A stretch of DNA of 64,000 bases. It comes from a virus. Its lineage: Duplodnaviria > Caudoviricetes. Under the pieces are notes generated by a model, which was not told where the DNA came from, made no database searches, and saw nothing but the letters and a program-made list of their open reading frames with translations. The stretch spans positions 66,282 through 130,281 of the IMG/VR virus record IMGVR_UViG_3300027860_000004; one strand, 5' to 3'. Positions 1-11,529 of this stretch are shown one piece after another. The translations under genes and the position numbers were made by a program. Each line of letters starts with the position of its first letter. The first letter of the stretch is position 1.

Positions 1-13
1 AAGGAAAAGCACA

Positions 14-778
14 ATGAAACCTAAAAGATTAAGCGATGAATCTGAGATTACCGCAAATCAAAAGTTGTCAAATGCTATTGAATTATTAACAGATGTTGCG
101 AATGAAGTTAAAGATAACAGAATAGCAAATTATGCACGTTCTGCATCCTTAACAACAACCTCTTTAGATTCACAAGCACTTAATTATGCAGCAACAAGCG
201 TTGCTCAACCAGCAACTTTTGGAACAAACAACAACTCACACTATGTTGGTGATGTTGTATTACCATCTTCACCTTTACCATTTCCTCAACAAAAAGACCT
301 TGCTCTTCAAAATTTTCAATGGGGTTCAACACATACTTTACCTCAATTTTTTGAAGCATATGACCTTGGTAAATATCCAGTTGTTGATATTTCAGAAACA
401 AATATTAAAACTATGGGCTGGGAAGATGGCAAAACTATTTATAAAGAATCTAAAGGGTATTTAGTAAATATTTTTGTTCCGGGAGTTAATAAAGAATTAA
501 TTGAAATTGAACTTGAAGAGGGTGGATATGCAGGGGTGGCATTTTTTCCTCCTAAAATGCAAATTCGTGTTCGTAAAAATTCAACAGATGAAAAAGTTTA
601 TATTTTAAAAGAATCAAAAACATCATTCGCACATCGAATTGTTAGTTTACCTGCCGATGCAGATATTACTACAATTACATCTGGAAAAATGTCGGATGGA
701 GTTTTAAGTTTTACAATTCTCAAAGATGAAAAACCTGAACAACCTGTTATTCAAAAGAAAAAAGTTCAAATAAAATAA
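14..778 (+). CDS. Hsp20/alpha-crystallin domain small heat-shock-like protein
   Basis: C-terminal half has the alpha-crystallin pattern (YLVNIFVPGVNKELIEIEL...F.HRIVSLPADAD...GKMSDGVLSFTILK...KKVQIK); AAGGA RBS upstream. Confidence 0.7.
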   Translation: MKPKRLSDESEITANQKLSNAIELLTDVANEVKDNRIANYARSASLTTTSLDSQALNYAATSVAQPATFGTNNNSHYVGDVVLPSSPLPFPQQKDLALQNFQWGSTHTLPQFFEAYDLGKYPVVDISETNIKTMGWEDGKTIYKESKGYLVNIFVPGVNKELIEIELEEGGYAGVAFFPPKMQIRVRKNSTDEKVYILKESKTSFAHRIVSLPADADITTITSGKMSDGVLSFTILKDEKPEQPVIQKKKVQIK

Positions 779-808
779 AAAAGAGGGCGGAAAAATGCCG
801 CCTTCTTT
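779..808. terminator. Bidirectional intrinsic terminator
   Basis: GC-rich stem gagggcgg/ccgccttc flanked by A and T runs between convergent genes. Confidence 0.7.
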
Positions 809-1306
809 CTATTTTTCAAATTTACGTTGTTTTGAACCACCAACACTCTCCTCGTTAATGGCTCGCTCAAAAAATCCTACAGGCAATCGAATTTCAGGAT
901 TTGAAAAAACCCACATGTGATATTGATTTGCGGTATCAACCTTACGCGATTCAGCAGGGTAAATTTCAAATCCTTCATTTTCTTCGCCAACAAGAGCATT
1001 CTTAATATCTTGCATTATCCGCCAGTCACGAATTGGTTCTTTATCTGTACGTTTAATAGAGAGCCAAATAACTTCAGGAAAGGTGGAACCTTCTGGTTGT
1101 TCTGCTATACGAACATTTACTTGATATTCTTTATTTTCATCTAAATAAACTTTATCATTTTTAATGATTTCCTCATCCATAAGAGTTACTGCTTTTAGAG
1201 CATCATCAAATGATATAGGATTTTTAGATGTTTTTACTACAACCTTAGCACGTTCTATTCTTTGTTCTATAGAAGATGGATATAAGAATGCTTTAGAAAA
1301 TTTCAT
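809..1306 (-). CDS. Conserved phage hypothetical protein
   Basis: Motif WLSIKR.D..PIRDWR.MQ.IKN.LVG.E.EG.EIYP.ESR.VD.ANQYH.W recalled from phage hypotheticals. Confidence 0.6.
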   Translation of the reverse strand: MKFSKAFLYPSSIEQRIERAKVVVKTSKNPISFDDALKAVTLMDEEIIKNDKVYLDENKEYQVNVRIAEQPEGSTFPEVIWLSIKRTDKEPIRDWRIMQDIKNALVGEENEGFEIYPAESRKVDTANQYHMWVFSNPEIRLPVGFFERAINEESVGGSKQRKFEK

Positions 1307-1368
1307 TTTACTCTTCTTCTTTTGAGAATCATTTTTTATCTATTGACTAGTCTGATATACTATACCAC

Positions 1369-1713
1369 ATGAAGTCCGAATATGTCTACCTCATTGAAAA
1401 TTCAGCCACTAAATCCTTAAAAATTGGCTATTCAAACAATCCTACAAAAAGATTTAAAGCACTACAAACAGGAAGTTCTACTCCCTTGAGATTGGTTGCC
1501 ACCATAAAAGGCGATAGACATAAAGAAACTGAATTACATCACCAATTCAAACATCTTCGACTTGGCGGTGAGTGGTTTCGTTATGACAAACGTATTATTA
1601 AGGCTTTTCAAAAAAGAATTCCATTATGGAAATATGTTTTTCTGTGGATAGTAATTCCTCCTATAATTGTATTATCCATAATTGCTATGGGTAGAACAGT
1701 TATAGCCAATTAA
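1369..1713 (+). CDS. GIY-YIG (T5orf172/MUG113-like) nuclease-domain protein with C-terminal hydrophobic segment
   Basis: YVYLIE..KIGYS.NP.KR...LQTGS...E.ELH..F...RL.GEWF; own promoter TTGACT-N-TATACT with ATG 6 nt downstream. Confidence 0.8.
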   Translation: MKSEYVYLIENSATKSLKIGYSNNPTKRFKALQTGSSTPLRLVATIKGDRHKETELHHQFKHLRLGGEWFRYDKRIIKAFQKRIPLWKYVFLWIVIPPIIVLSIIAMGRTVIAN

Positions 1714-1918
1714 TGAAAGAAGACGAAGACTTTTATTTTTGTGATTATTGCTTAGAACCAACAATTCATTCTCATGAAATTATTTTCAATGAGAAAAAAG
1801 ATTTTATTGATGTTGTTTGTTGTTCTTGCTTTGATAGTTATAAAAATTTAAATATAATTCCCGTTGAACAACGAATAGAATTTTATTTCCGTTAATTTAA
1901 TTTATAATAATAGGAGTT

Positions 1919-2314
1919 ATGCAAAATGATTCTTATTTTTATTATGACCCGCTTTTTTGTTCAAGATGCCATAAAGTTATTCGGGAAATTAACGAAATTC
2001 ACTTCAATAATCAAATGAAACCTTGCAAAGCTTCAAAACTTGCTAAAGGTGCTTTTGTATATTTAATTCATGATGAAGATAAAAACTTATTAAAAATTGG
2101 TTTTACGGAAAATCCTACAAGAAGATTTAAAGAAATAAAAAATGCCAATAATAATAAAACTAAAATTATTGGTTATATCATAGGAACTAAAACAAATGAA
2201 GCCAATCTCCATCGTAAATGGAAACGGCTTCATGCAAAATTAGAATGGTTTAATTATGACGAAGAAATAATTGATTATTTCTTAAATCATCCTAGTTTTA
2301 AAAATTTAAATTAA
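1919..2314 (+). CDS. GIY-YIG (T5orf172/MUG113-like) protein, paralog of 1369..1713
   Basis: FVYLIH..KIGFTENPTRRF...EANLH..W.....LEWF. Confidence 0.75.
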   Translation: MQNDSYFYYDPLFCSRCHKVIREINEIHFNNQMKPCKASKLAKGAFVYLIHDEDKNLLKIGFTENPTRRFKEIKNANNNKTKIIGYIIGTKTNEANLHRKWKRLHAKLEWFNYDEEIIDYFLNHPSFKNLN

Positions 2315-2664
2315 TTTTTCTTTTTCTTTGAATTAGAAAAACTTGTTAATGTAGGTGTTGTTGTAATTACTCTCGGAGGCTTAATAAATGGAGCCGCTAC
2401 AGATACAGATAAAATTTTAATGTATTCTGGTACATGAAAGAAATATTCACCAGTTGGCGGATTTATTGCAGCACTTGGCGCAGGTGTAAAAGAAACAACA
2501 TAATCAGTATTCGTTTCTAAAACATTAGTGATGATAGAGCCATCAATTACCGTTTTTGTGTCTAGAACTTCAGAACTATCAACACGTTTAATATAAGCTA
2601 AAGAACCATTTGGAACAGGATTACGAGCAATTGAATAATTAACAAAATTCAAAGTATAAAACAT
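2311..2664 (-). CDS. Small beta-rich protein sharing its N-terminal module with 8815..9636 and 9664..10884 (possible virion protein)
   Basis: LNFVNY..PVPNGS..LDTKTV..Y.VSF..P.G.YFF shared; start placed at MFYTL. Confidence 0.55.
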   Translation of the reverse strand: MFYTLNFVNYSIARNPVPNGSLAYIKRVDSSEVLDTKTVIDGSIITNVLETNTDYVVSFTPAPSAAINPPTGEYFFHVPEYIKILSVSVAAPFIKPPRVITTTPTLTSFSNSKKKKN

Positions 2665-3004
2665 TTTAATCTTCTTTTTTAATTCGCCGAATTCTTTTGG
2701 GTTTAGTTTTGTCAGGAATTCCAGCAATTAATACACCGGGAACATCAATTTGTTCAAAATCAACATATTCTTCAACTTCTGCCCATATTTCTTCTTCTGA
2801 TAATAAAAAATTTTTTGAACTACTACTAGTTTCTATATCTTCTATAATCGAAGTATTAATATCAGCCGATTCTTGTTGAAGTGCTATTCCATCTAAATAT
2901 CTATCCATATATTTATAATATACAATTTTTTGACAAAGATAACGCAAATTTACCAAACCGCCACCGCGCAAATTAATTGTTTATATCTGTAAAAGAGACA
3001 TAAA

Positions 3005-3664
3005 ATGACTAGTAAAAAAATTAAATTTGTTGAAGATAGTTCTTTATTTCCTCCAGGTTTCTTTTTATTAAAGAAGTTTATAAACGAAGAAAAGTGTAAA
3101 GAAATCGTAGAAATCATTGATACACAGATAACAAAGGTTACACCATTCGACATATATAGTATGTATAATGGTAAGACGTTTAATTGTTTTATGACAAATT
3201 GTGGAGAATATGGATGGATAAGTGATGGTGCCAATGGTTATAGTTACAGAAAAGAAAATCTAAAAGGTATAAAATGGCTACCAATGCCTGAATTATTTAA
3301 AAGAATATCTTTAGATGCTTTAAAAGAAACAATAAAAATTATACCCGAAGGTTATGAACCTCAATCTTGTTTAATTAATTTGTATCCACCAGGAAATAGT
3401 GGGAAATTAGGTTCTCACGTTGATAATACAGAATTTTGTTCTATGCCAATTATTTCTTTTTCTATTGGTGCTTCTGCGGTATTTAAAGTAGAAAATATTG
3501 GAAATATATTGTTAGAAGAAGGGGATGTATGTATAATGAGTGGAGAATCAAGATTTGTACGACATTCAATAACAAAGATATTAGATTTTAAAAAACCAAG
3601 AATAGCATTAACAATACGTCAAGTATATAATGGAGTACCCGTTTCATATAGACATATGAAATAA
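3005..3664 (+). CDS. alkB: AlkB-family 2OG-Fe(II) dioxygenase
   Basis: MTNCG.YGWISD..GY.Y, W.PMP, CLINLY, HxD (HVD), distal H (RHSI), RIALTIR. Confidence 0.88.
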   Translation: MTSKKIKFVEDSSLFPPGFFLLKKFINEEKCKEIVEIIDTQITKVTPFDIYSMYNGKTFNCFMTNCGEYGWISDGANGYSYRKENLKGIKWLPMPELFKRISLDALKETIKIIPEGYEPQSCLINLYPPGNSGKLGSHVDNTEFCSMPIISFSIGASAVFKVENIGNILLEEGDVCIMSGESRFVRHSITKILDFKKPRIALTIRQVYNGVPVSYRHMK

Positions 3665-4003
3665 GGATATATAAAAAAATGAATGATGAAGATTATGACT
3701 ATGAAAAAAATAGGAAATTAGAACCTGAAGTAGTAACTAGAGAGTTATTAACTCGTTTAGGGCAAGTATTTTCCAAAGGTAATCATATAGAAAATTCTCT
3801 AAATCAATTGTCTGCTTCGGATTTAGCAAGATTGAATTGGGATAATGAGTTTGCATGTCTATTAAAGACATTTTTTAATGCAAGGGATGCTGTTTATTTA
3901 TGGCCTAAAAAGAAATTTATTGAACTTGGTGGAAAGCCAGAAGAATATGGTATTGCTTTACATGGTGAAGAGAGTTGGAATAAATTAAAAGATTTTTTTA
4001 AAG

Positions 4004-4825
4004 ATGAGATACAAAGACAGCATGACCGCCAAGAAGATTGATAATAATTTATTTATTTTATATCGAAAAAGTTTAACTGATAAAGAAGAACTAGAAGTTA
4101 TTAAAAAATATTTTCCTGATAAAAATTCAGATTGTATGGTAGGTATTCAAAATAAGGTTGTTTTGGGGCGTTATTCTTGTGTACCATTTTATTCAGAAGT
4201 CCAACAAGGTCTTGCTGTTCAAAATTCTAGATTAATAAATTCTTTATCTGAGCATTTATATATAGCCAACTTTGATTATTATTGGGATATAGAAAATTAT
4301 ACTCCTAAAACTTGGTTTTCTTTAGTTGGTTTGCAAGATTCAGATGGTCCATTTATTGTTAAAGGACAAACAAATTCTAAGAAACATCAATGGAATACAA
4401 TGATGTTTGCTCCAACAAAAGCAGATGCTATTCGTATTTCTATTGATTTAAAAAATGATTATTATTTAGGTTCTCAAGATATAATTATTAGAAAATATGA
4501 ACCTTTAATTAAGTTAGGTGATTCCATAAATGGTTTATCTTTTACTAATGAATGGAGATTCTTTTTTTATAAAGAAGAACTATTAAGTTATGGCTTCTAT
4601 TGGTCAGAATGTGATATAAAAGGTAGTATAGATGAGGCTGGAATAGATTTTGCTAAAAAAATATCAAAGATAGTAAGCAAAAGAACCAGTTTTTACACAA
4701 TAGATATTGGTCAAAAAGAAAATGGTGAATGGACTGTTATTGAATTAAATGATGGTCAAATGGCTGGATTTTCTGATAATGACCCACACAAATTATATTC
4801 TGGACTTTCGAAATTAAAAATATAA
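4004..4825 (+). CDS. ATP-grasp protein (R2K/DUF4343-like)
   Basis: PFIVKG.TNSKKH.W, EWRFF, F.TIDI....GEW.VIELNDGQMAG; true start may be MTAKK at 4022. Confidence 0.75.
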   Translation: MRYKDSMTAKKIDNNLFILYRKSLTDKEELEVIKKYFPDKNSDCMVGIQNKVVLGRYSCVPFYSEVQQGLAVQNSRLINSLSEHLYIANFDYYWDIENYTPKTWFSLVGLQDSDGPFIVKGQTNSKKHQWNTMMFAPTKADAIRISIDLKNDYYLGSQDIIIRKYEPLIKLGDSINGLSFTNEWRFFFYKEELLSYGFYWSECDIKGSIDEAGIDFAKKISKIVSKRTSFYTIDIGQKENGEWTVIELNDGQMAGFSDNDPHKLYSGLSKLKI

Positions 4826-5688
4826 TGCATAAAACCTGCATTTTATGTAAACGTTCTGGGCCAACACCTGATAAATTAGATTATCTTTGTTCCAAGGGTC
4901 GTTGCAGTAGCCTTAAACCACCGCCTGATGGCAGAGAGCCTATGATAAAAGCAGTAAGCACATATGAGTGTGAATGCGGTTATGATTGCTGTTATCCATC
5001 TTATTGTAGCAATTGTGGTGCCCATTGCTTTCCTAGTCATTATAAATATTTAGAAGAACAACAAGGAAATCATAATAATAATGATTATTAAACTTGAAAA
5101 AAGACACTATATATACATAGTTGCAAGCATAATTGGTATATTAGTTTGCTTATTAAGTGGATATATGATTGCAATTGGTAATGCCATTGGAATTTTTACA
5201 TTTTTATTAGGAATGGTAACTTTAGGAGTTGGCCGTTCATACCTTCAAGGATTACCTAATTCTAGAGGACAAGTTGAAGATGACTAAGGTTGAAAAAGAT
5301 AAACTTTTTTCATTAATGAATTCTTCTATTAAAGCCAAAATTCGTCAAGAAAAAGCGAACTTAGAAAAAAACAAGTTAGATAAAGCCTTACAAAAAGCAT
5401 GTAAGCACCCGTATATTGGTTCGCAATGGAGGCCAAGTCTTTCATCTGGTTATGATTGTAATGGTGGAAGTAACTATAACCCTGGGCATTTAATTTGTTT
5501 AGTATGTGGCCTTCAACATTTTAATGAATATGATGCAGGCCCTTTATATAATCTTCACTATAAAAATGAAGTTATAAGAGACAAAGATATAAATAATCTT
5601 TGGAAAATAGTGGGTTCTAAATTAATTAAAAGCATGATTCTTCAAGATATACCGGCAACAGAAGTAAAATATTTATTAGGAAAATGAT

Positions 5689-6825
5689 ATGGCAGAATTT
5701 AAAGTAATAGCAGATAAAATAAGATTATTTCCACACCCAGGAGCAGATAAATTACTTCTTGGTAAGGTTGGTCCATTTCAAGTAGTTGTTGGTAAAGACA
5801 ATGATTACAAAGAGGGAGACATTGTAATTTTTGCTCCTGAACGTAGTATTCTTCCTGATGAAATTAAAGGAGACTATTGTAATACAGAAACTGGTGTTTC
5901 TTATTTGAGCGGTCCTGATTCTAACCGTGTTAAACGTGTACGCTTACGTGGAGAATACTCTGATGGTGTCACGCTTAATAGAGATTGGGTTGTAGAAAAA
6001 CTTGGTCTTCCTGTACTTGAAGATATTGCTTTAAATTATGATTATTCAGAAGCATTAGGAATAAAAAAATACGAACCACCTATTCCATTTAATATGAGTG
6101 GACAACTTGAACGTATTGAAGATGTTTCTTTTGCGGTCAATCATGATGTTGAACAATTTCGTCTTTATGTTGATGAATTCATTGATGGTGAACCTGTAAT
6201 TGCAACCGAAAAAATTCACGGTTCTCAAGTAAACATTCAACGTACAAGTAAAGGACGTTGGTATGTTACTTCCAAAGGTATTGGTAAAAATGGTCTTGCT
6301 ATTCAAGAATCAGAAGGCAATCTTTATTGGCAAGCATTAAATAATTCTGGTTTGAGAGAATTACTTGATGAATCACTAGGAACAGATGAAAAGAACCAAG
6401 AATATCAATTCTTTGGTGAAGTTTTTCCATGTCAAAAAGGTTATAATTACGGACAAGATAAGGCTACACTAAGATTATTTAGATTGAGAATTGACGGAAG
6501 AGAAATCCCTTTTTATGAAGTAAAGACAACTTCTAAAATATTAAACGATGAAAATGCTTCTTTCCATGAAACATCAAACATATTTGGTAAATTTTGGGAG
6601 AAAATAATTGAACTTTGGGTTCCAGTCATTTATATGGGTCCATTTAATGTAGAAAAATTAGTTGAAGCATCAAAAGGTTTAGAACAAGTTTCTGGTAAAC
6701 AATTACACATACGCGAAGGCGTTGTTGTCTCGCCACAAGATACTCGTAGAAGTAAAGAAGGATTTCCTTTACTTTTAAAAATAATTAATCCTAAATACAA
6801 AGATACTGATGAAAGTTTCTCATAA
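5689..6825 (+). CDS. RNA ligase, DRB0094/Rnl2-like, with N-terminal OB-type domain
   Basis: HPGADKL N-terminus, RLRGEYSDG, motif I TEKIHGS, FFGEV, REGVVV, LKIINPKY. Confidence 0.88.
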   Translation: MAEFKVIADKIRLFPHPGADKLLLGKVGPFQVVVGKDNDYKEGDIVIFAPERSILPDEIKGDYCNTETGVSYLSGPDSNRVKRVRLRGEYSDGVTLNRDWVVEKLGLPVLEDIALNYDYSEALGIKKYEPPIPFNMSGQLERIEDVSFAVNHDVEQFRLYVDEFIDGEPVIATEKIHGSQVNIQRTSKGRWYVTSKGIGKNGLAIQESEGNLYWQALNNSGLRELLDESLGTDEKNQEYQFFGEVFPCQKGYNYGQDKATLRLFRLRIDGREIPFYEVKTTSKILNDENASFHETSNIFGKFWEKIIELWVPVIYMGPFNVEKLVEASKGLEQVSGKQLHIREGVVVSPQDTRRSKEGFPLLLKIINPKYKDTDESFS

Positions 6826-6827
6826 AA

Positions 6828-8498
6828 ATGACAGATGAAGAATTACGTAAAAAATTAAAAGATACATTTGAATCACTTTTAAATCAAACCGAAAATAATT
6901 TATTTTATGCAAAATTATCTTTAAATAAAAGTGATATTACTGAAGAAAAAAAGAAAGAATTAAAAAATATTATTGCGATTAATAATATTCAATTAATTTG
7001 CACTAAATCATATCTTACTGAAATTGAAAATTTTGACCGTGAAGTAATGGAAGTTCTTGTTGAATCTTTAGAACATTTTACTCCTCTACTTAAAGAAGCT
7101 TCTAATGAAATTCTTAATAAGACTCAAGAACTTTACAATAAAGAACTAAATTCATGACAAAAAAACAAAAATTAGATTCTTGTCCTTCCTGTCATCATCC
7201 TTGGGCTTGGCGTTCATTTGGATGGGGCGGTTCTAGAACTGGATGCTCTGAAGAAACTAGTTCTGGACCTTGTAATTCTGATTATTCATATTGTGAATGC
7301 AAACATGAATTTCATTGGATAACTAGATGTACCTTTGTAAATAAAAACATTAACAAACAAAATTATATTTATAGAGGTCGCGATTATGACCAAAATGGTA
7401 GATGTACTATTGAATCATATCTTATGACTCCAAACATGGAATGTGAAAAACATATATCTCCTCTTGACAAAGCACAAATAGATTTACTAATGGCAAATAA
7501 AAAAACAAAAGTCGAAGCTATTAGAAATAAAAAAGAATTAGATTTTAAAATAAAAGAAGCTAAAAATTTACTTAAAGAAAACGGCTACAAAATAGTAAAA
7601 ACATGAAATATAAGTGGGAACAAAAACAAAAAACAACAACTTGGGCAGAACTTCGAATAAATAACGATGAAGTTCGAGTTTGTGATTTTAATATGACGGA
7701 TGCTAAACCCGAAAAATGTAAAAATGGTATACATAGTGGTGTTTATCATTCAGACAGAATTTACTATGATGATGGCGGGTCTTGCTCATATATCAGAGTT
7801 TGTAGTAGGTGTCATGCAGAAGTCAAATCAGATATTTTGGATTTATTATATTAAATGAAAAAATTTCTTCAAAAAATATTCTGCAATTTTCAATTTCATT
7901 GGTGGATGACAAATGAATATTTTTTAAACCAAAAGTTTAAAACCGTAACAGCATATTGTTACTCAATAAAAAGAACTTGTAGAATTTGTGATATCAAAGG
8001 AGAGTTAATAATATATGACTGCTAATAATAATAAAACAGTTTGGGTTGTTGAATATCGAGAAATAGATGCAGTAGATAATTGTGTTGCACATATTGCTTC
8101 AACAAAATCTAAAGCTATTAAATTTATATTAGATAATCCCAATTTTAGCACAATAGAAACTAAATGGTATTGGTGGTTAGCAGAATATAATGTTGATTCT
8201 AATGATACCGTTTTTCCTTTTGATTTTAGCACGTATGTTTCACGTAATGGCTTTGAATCAAAAGAATTATGGCAAGTTTTAAATAATAATACACCCAAGA
8301 AAGTAAAAAATGAAGAATAAAGAAGATTTTAATTATGTAATTGCTCGTCAATGGGAATCTGGAGCTTTAAATTGTTATGCTTATCATACTCAAGTTAAAT
8401 TTGGTAATCAAGAAGATGCTGAATATTTCTTGAATTATGTTAAAGAACAAGAGCCAAATTATGAATGGAGAATTATTAAACTTAAATGGGATGAATAA
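6828..8498 (+). other. Run of tightly packed small hypothetical ORFs (6828-7157, 7154-7606, 7603-7854, 8015-8320, 8310-8498)
   Basis: Overlapping stop/start junctions on one strand, several Cys-rich; no family recognised. Confidence 0.6.
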
Positions 8499-8818
8499 TG
8501 TCAAAATTAAATACAATCAAAGTTAGTTTTGTTGACATAATGCCCGAAAAATTAGAAAATGGCATCGTTTATATTTCTGAAAAATTTGCTTTGGCAATTC
8601 ATAAATGTTGTTGTGGAGAATGTGGCTGGGAAACGGTAATGCCTTTTAATTTACCAAATTGTGATAGCCAAGCAAAAAATCCACATGCATGGGAAATAAT
8701 ATTGAAAAAAACAGAAGGCGCAGAAGATATTGTATCTTTCACGCCTTCAATTGGTAATTTTCAATATCCGTGTAAATCACATTACTACATTACAGATAAT
8801 AATATTATTTGGATTTAA
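8498..8818 (+). CDS. DUF6527-like small Cys/His protein
   Basis: MPE.LE.G.VYISE....A.H.CCCG.CG...V.P...SF.PSIGN...PC.SHY.I. Confidence 0.7.
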   Translation: MSKLNTIKVSFVDIMPEKLENGIVYISEKFALAIHKCCCGECGWETVMPFNLPNCDSQAKNPHAWEIILKKTEGAEDIVSFTPSIGNFQYPCKSHYYITDNNIIWI

Positions 8819-9636
8819 GGAATAGAATTTATAGTTACATAAACAAATAATGAAAAAGGAAATTGCAAACTAACAGGTGTATCTGTTAAAAATTGAAAAT
8901 CTAAATTAATTGCTGTGGTACTTATCGGTACAATTAAGGTTGAATTTGAAGTATATGGTAAACCAAGATTAGTTAATGGATTAACATAACTTGTTGATTC
9001 AGAAGTAAAAACCGGAACAGAACCGCCATTATAAAATTGTGTTTGGAATTGTATAAATTCAACAGAAGATTCAATCGTAACATCACTACAAAAAGCTTGG
9101 ACTATACATTCTAAATTTTGGTCGGTACAACCTTCTGGTACTGGTGGCGGAACTATTTGTAAAGATGCTTGAGGTGATGAAACTACACTTGCAGTTATTC
9201 CTCCGCTTGCAAATCTTTCAGTAATGGAAATACCTCCAGCAAAAAAATAACTATTTGTATTTTGACTACCAAATACAAATACATGACTTCCTAAATATCT
9301 AGATACTATATGAGAACTGCCGCTGTTGCTTCCACTATTATTACTACTAGTTTGAGGAGGATTAATTGAAATAACAATAGTATTTCCAATAGCATATCCA
9401 GTAGAAAAATAAAAATTACCTGTTGGAGCGCCAGAACCACTAAACGTAATATAATAATTATTTGATATATTTAATGATAATACTGAAGTAGAAATTTCAT
9501 TGTTATTTACTGTTTTTGTATCTAATAAAGTATTATTTTCGCCATCATAAATTTTAGCAGTTGTACCATTAGGAATAACTGATTGATTAATGTCACTAGA
9601 CGCAAAATTTACAAAGAGAAGCGTAAAAGTAGACAT
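8815..9636 (-). CDS. Ser/Thr/Asn-rich beta-strand protein, possible virion decoration or fibre
   Basis: Very few charged residues; shared N-terminal module; AAGGA RBS. Confidence 0.55.
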   Translation of the reverse strand: MSTFTLLFVNFASSDINQSVIPNGTTAKIYDGENNTLLDTKTVNNNEISTSVLSLNISNNYYITFSGSGAPTGNFYFSTGYAIGNTIVISINPPQTSSNNSGSNSGSSHIVSRYLGSHVFVFGSQNTNSYFFAGGISITERFASGGITASVVSSPQASLQIVPPPVPEGCTDQNLECIVQAFCSDVTIESSVEFIQFQTQFYNGGSVPVFTSESTSYVNPLTNLGLPYTSNSTLIVPISTTAINLDFQFLTDTPVSLQFPFSLFVYVTINSIP

Positions 9637-9663
9637 TTTGTTATTCCTTTAAAAATAAATTTA

Positions 9664-10884
9664 TTAATTATTAAATACACCAAAAGGTGTTACTTTAACA
9701 ACAACTGAAGGAATACTAATTGAAGTGGCACTTGAATCAGCATAACCAAATTGTACAGGAATACTTGATGGTATACTTGTTCCATTACCAATACAGGTTG
9801 AACCAGTAATACTATAAATAACTTTTGAACCACTTGCGTATGTGTAAGTAGATGTTGTTGGTGCAAAAGATATAACCATAGTATCTACCGATGTAACACC
9901 ATTAATACTGATTGTTGGTGTCGTTGTTGGAACACTTCCTAAAGTTAATTCTATGATTGCAGTTACTTCTACTAAAACATCAGCAATATCATTAAGATTT
10001 GGTGCAATAGAGGTGGCATTAGTAACACCAAAAGCACTTGCTCCAGGTAGACTTAATGTTCCATTTCCACTAGTCCATGTAAGTTGACCACCGCCAGCGT
10101 TTGTAGAAGATGCACTATCACTTTGGAACCAAGTTCCACCAACGATATTATTTGAACTAATACTAAAATTAGTGCCAAAATCAGCTAACAATCCTCTGGC
10201 ATAATAACCATTAGATTGAAGTGCAGTTTGAGAAATATAATCAAATCCAGTTAAACTATTTCCAAATGTAACATAACTTCCACCAGGAATAGTAGAAGCA
10301 TTACTAAAGGTTGGAGTTACAGTTAATTCTGTAGAACTTGGAACAGCAGTAACAAGTACAATGGCATAAGCAGAAGTTGAAGAATATACAACCAATGCAG
10401 AACCAGGTAAAAATTGTGAACTGTCAGTAACCATTAATGTTCCAGATACACCTAAACCAAAATTATCATCTTCAGCAGAAGGATTAATAGTTCCAGAAGT
10501 AAATGCAGGAAATACGGGACTATATGCAGCCGTTGTTTTTACAGGAAGACTAGCAATTGCAGTTGATGTTGTTGCATTATACAAAGATGGAGGAAGAACA
10601 GAAACACTCAAATTATTCGCATTGTTTGCATAATAAAGGGTGCTAGTATTGAAAAAATATGTTCCACTAGGCGCACCAGAACCACTAAATTTTACAGAAT
10701 ATTCAGCAGGGCCAGCAGTAAGAACAACAGCAGTTGTTGGTGCTACCCCATTTTGAACGGTTTGAGTATCAACTAATTGATTTGAACCATTATAAATCAT
10801 ACAAGTAGAACCATCTGGTACAACTGGTGTCTCGCTAGATGTAGCATAATTTATAAAATTTAATACGGTTGGTAAAACTGCCAT
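9664..10884 (-). CDS. Ser/Thr-rich beta-strand protein, possible virion decoration or fibre
   Basis: Start placed at MAVLP after GAGGA RBS; low-charge composition; shared N-terminal module. Confidence 0.6.
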   Translation of the reverse strand: MAVLPTVLNFINYATSSETPVVPDGSTCMIYNGSNQLVDTQTVQNGVAPTTAVVLTAGPAEYSVKFSGSGAPSGTYFFNTSTLYYANNANNLSVSVLPPSLYNATTSTAIASLPVKTTAAYSPVFPAFTSGTINPSAEDDNFGLGVSGTLMVTDSSQFLPGSALVVYSSTSAYAIVLVTAVPSSTELTVTPTFSNASTIPGGSYVTFGNSLTGFDYISQTALQSNGYYARGLLADFGTNFSISSNNIVGGTWFQSDSASSTNAGGGQLTWTSGNGTLSLPGASAFGVTNATSIAPNLNDIADVLVEVTAIIELTLGSVPTTTPTISINGVTSVDTMVISFAPTTSTYTYASGSKVIYSITGSTCIGNGTSIPSSIPVQFGYADSSATSISIPSVVVKVTPFGVFNN

Positions 10885-11529
10885 TTTATATTCCTCTTTT
10901 AAAAAAGATATTCTACATAAAATTATGCAATATTCATAAAATTTTAACTTATAAATAGACAATTTTCTTACTTTACTATATAATCCATTTACTATGAAAA
11001 TATTCGCTATACAAAATCCAAAGAAAAAAATCATAAATAAATGGCATATTTTTTCACATCTTGAAGATAATATTTTATATAGACCAAACTCAACGGTTTA
11101 TTATGCTTCGTGCGGTTCGAGTTATGAATATAATCCTAAACATGAAGATTCTATCTATACAAAATTTAAAATAAAACCGATTATACAAGAATATACCAAA
11201 GATGATGAAAAACTTCTTTGTCCATCCTGTGTAATGCAAGCATGGAAAAGTGGTATAATTATGGTAGTACCCGTACCAGAAAAAGATGAATTTTACAATG
11301 AAGACGACTATTGATATTTCATGTCCAAATACGCATGGCTCTCAAGAAGATTGGAATGGATTTAAATGAAATATAAAAAACCAAAAGTTAAACCATATAA
11401 AGATGCAAAAGAACCTGAAAGGATTATTCTTTCTAGAAAATCAAAATTAATTTTGCATAATTTAAATCAAGATGTGCATGAATATTTAAAAGAAAATCCT
11501 GTGCCCGAAATAGAAGTGGAATAATAATA

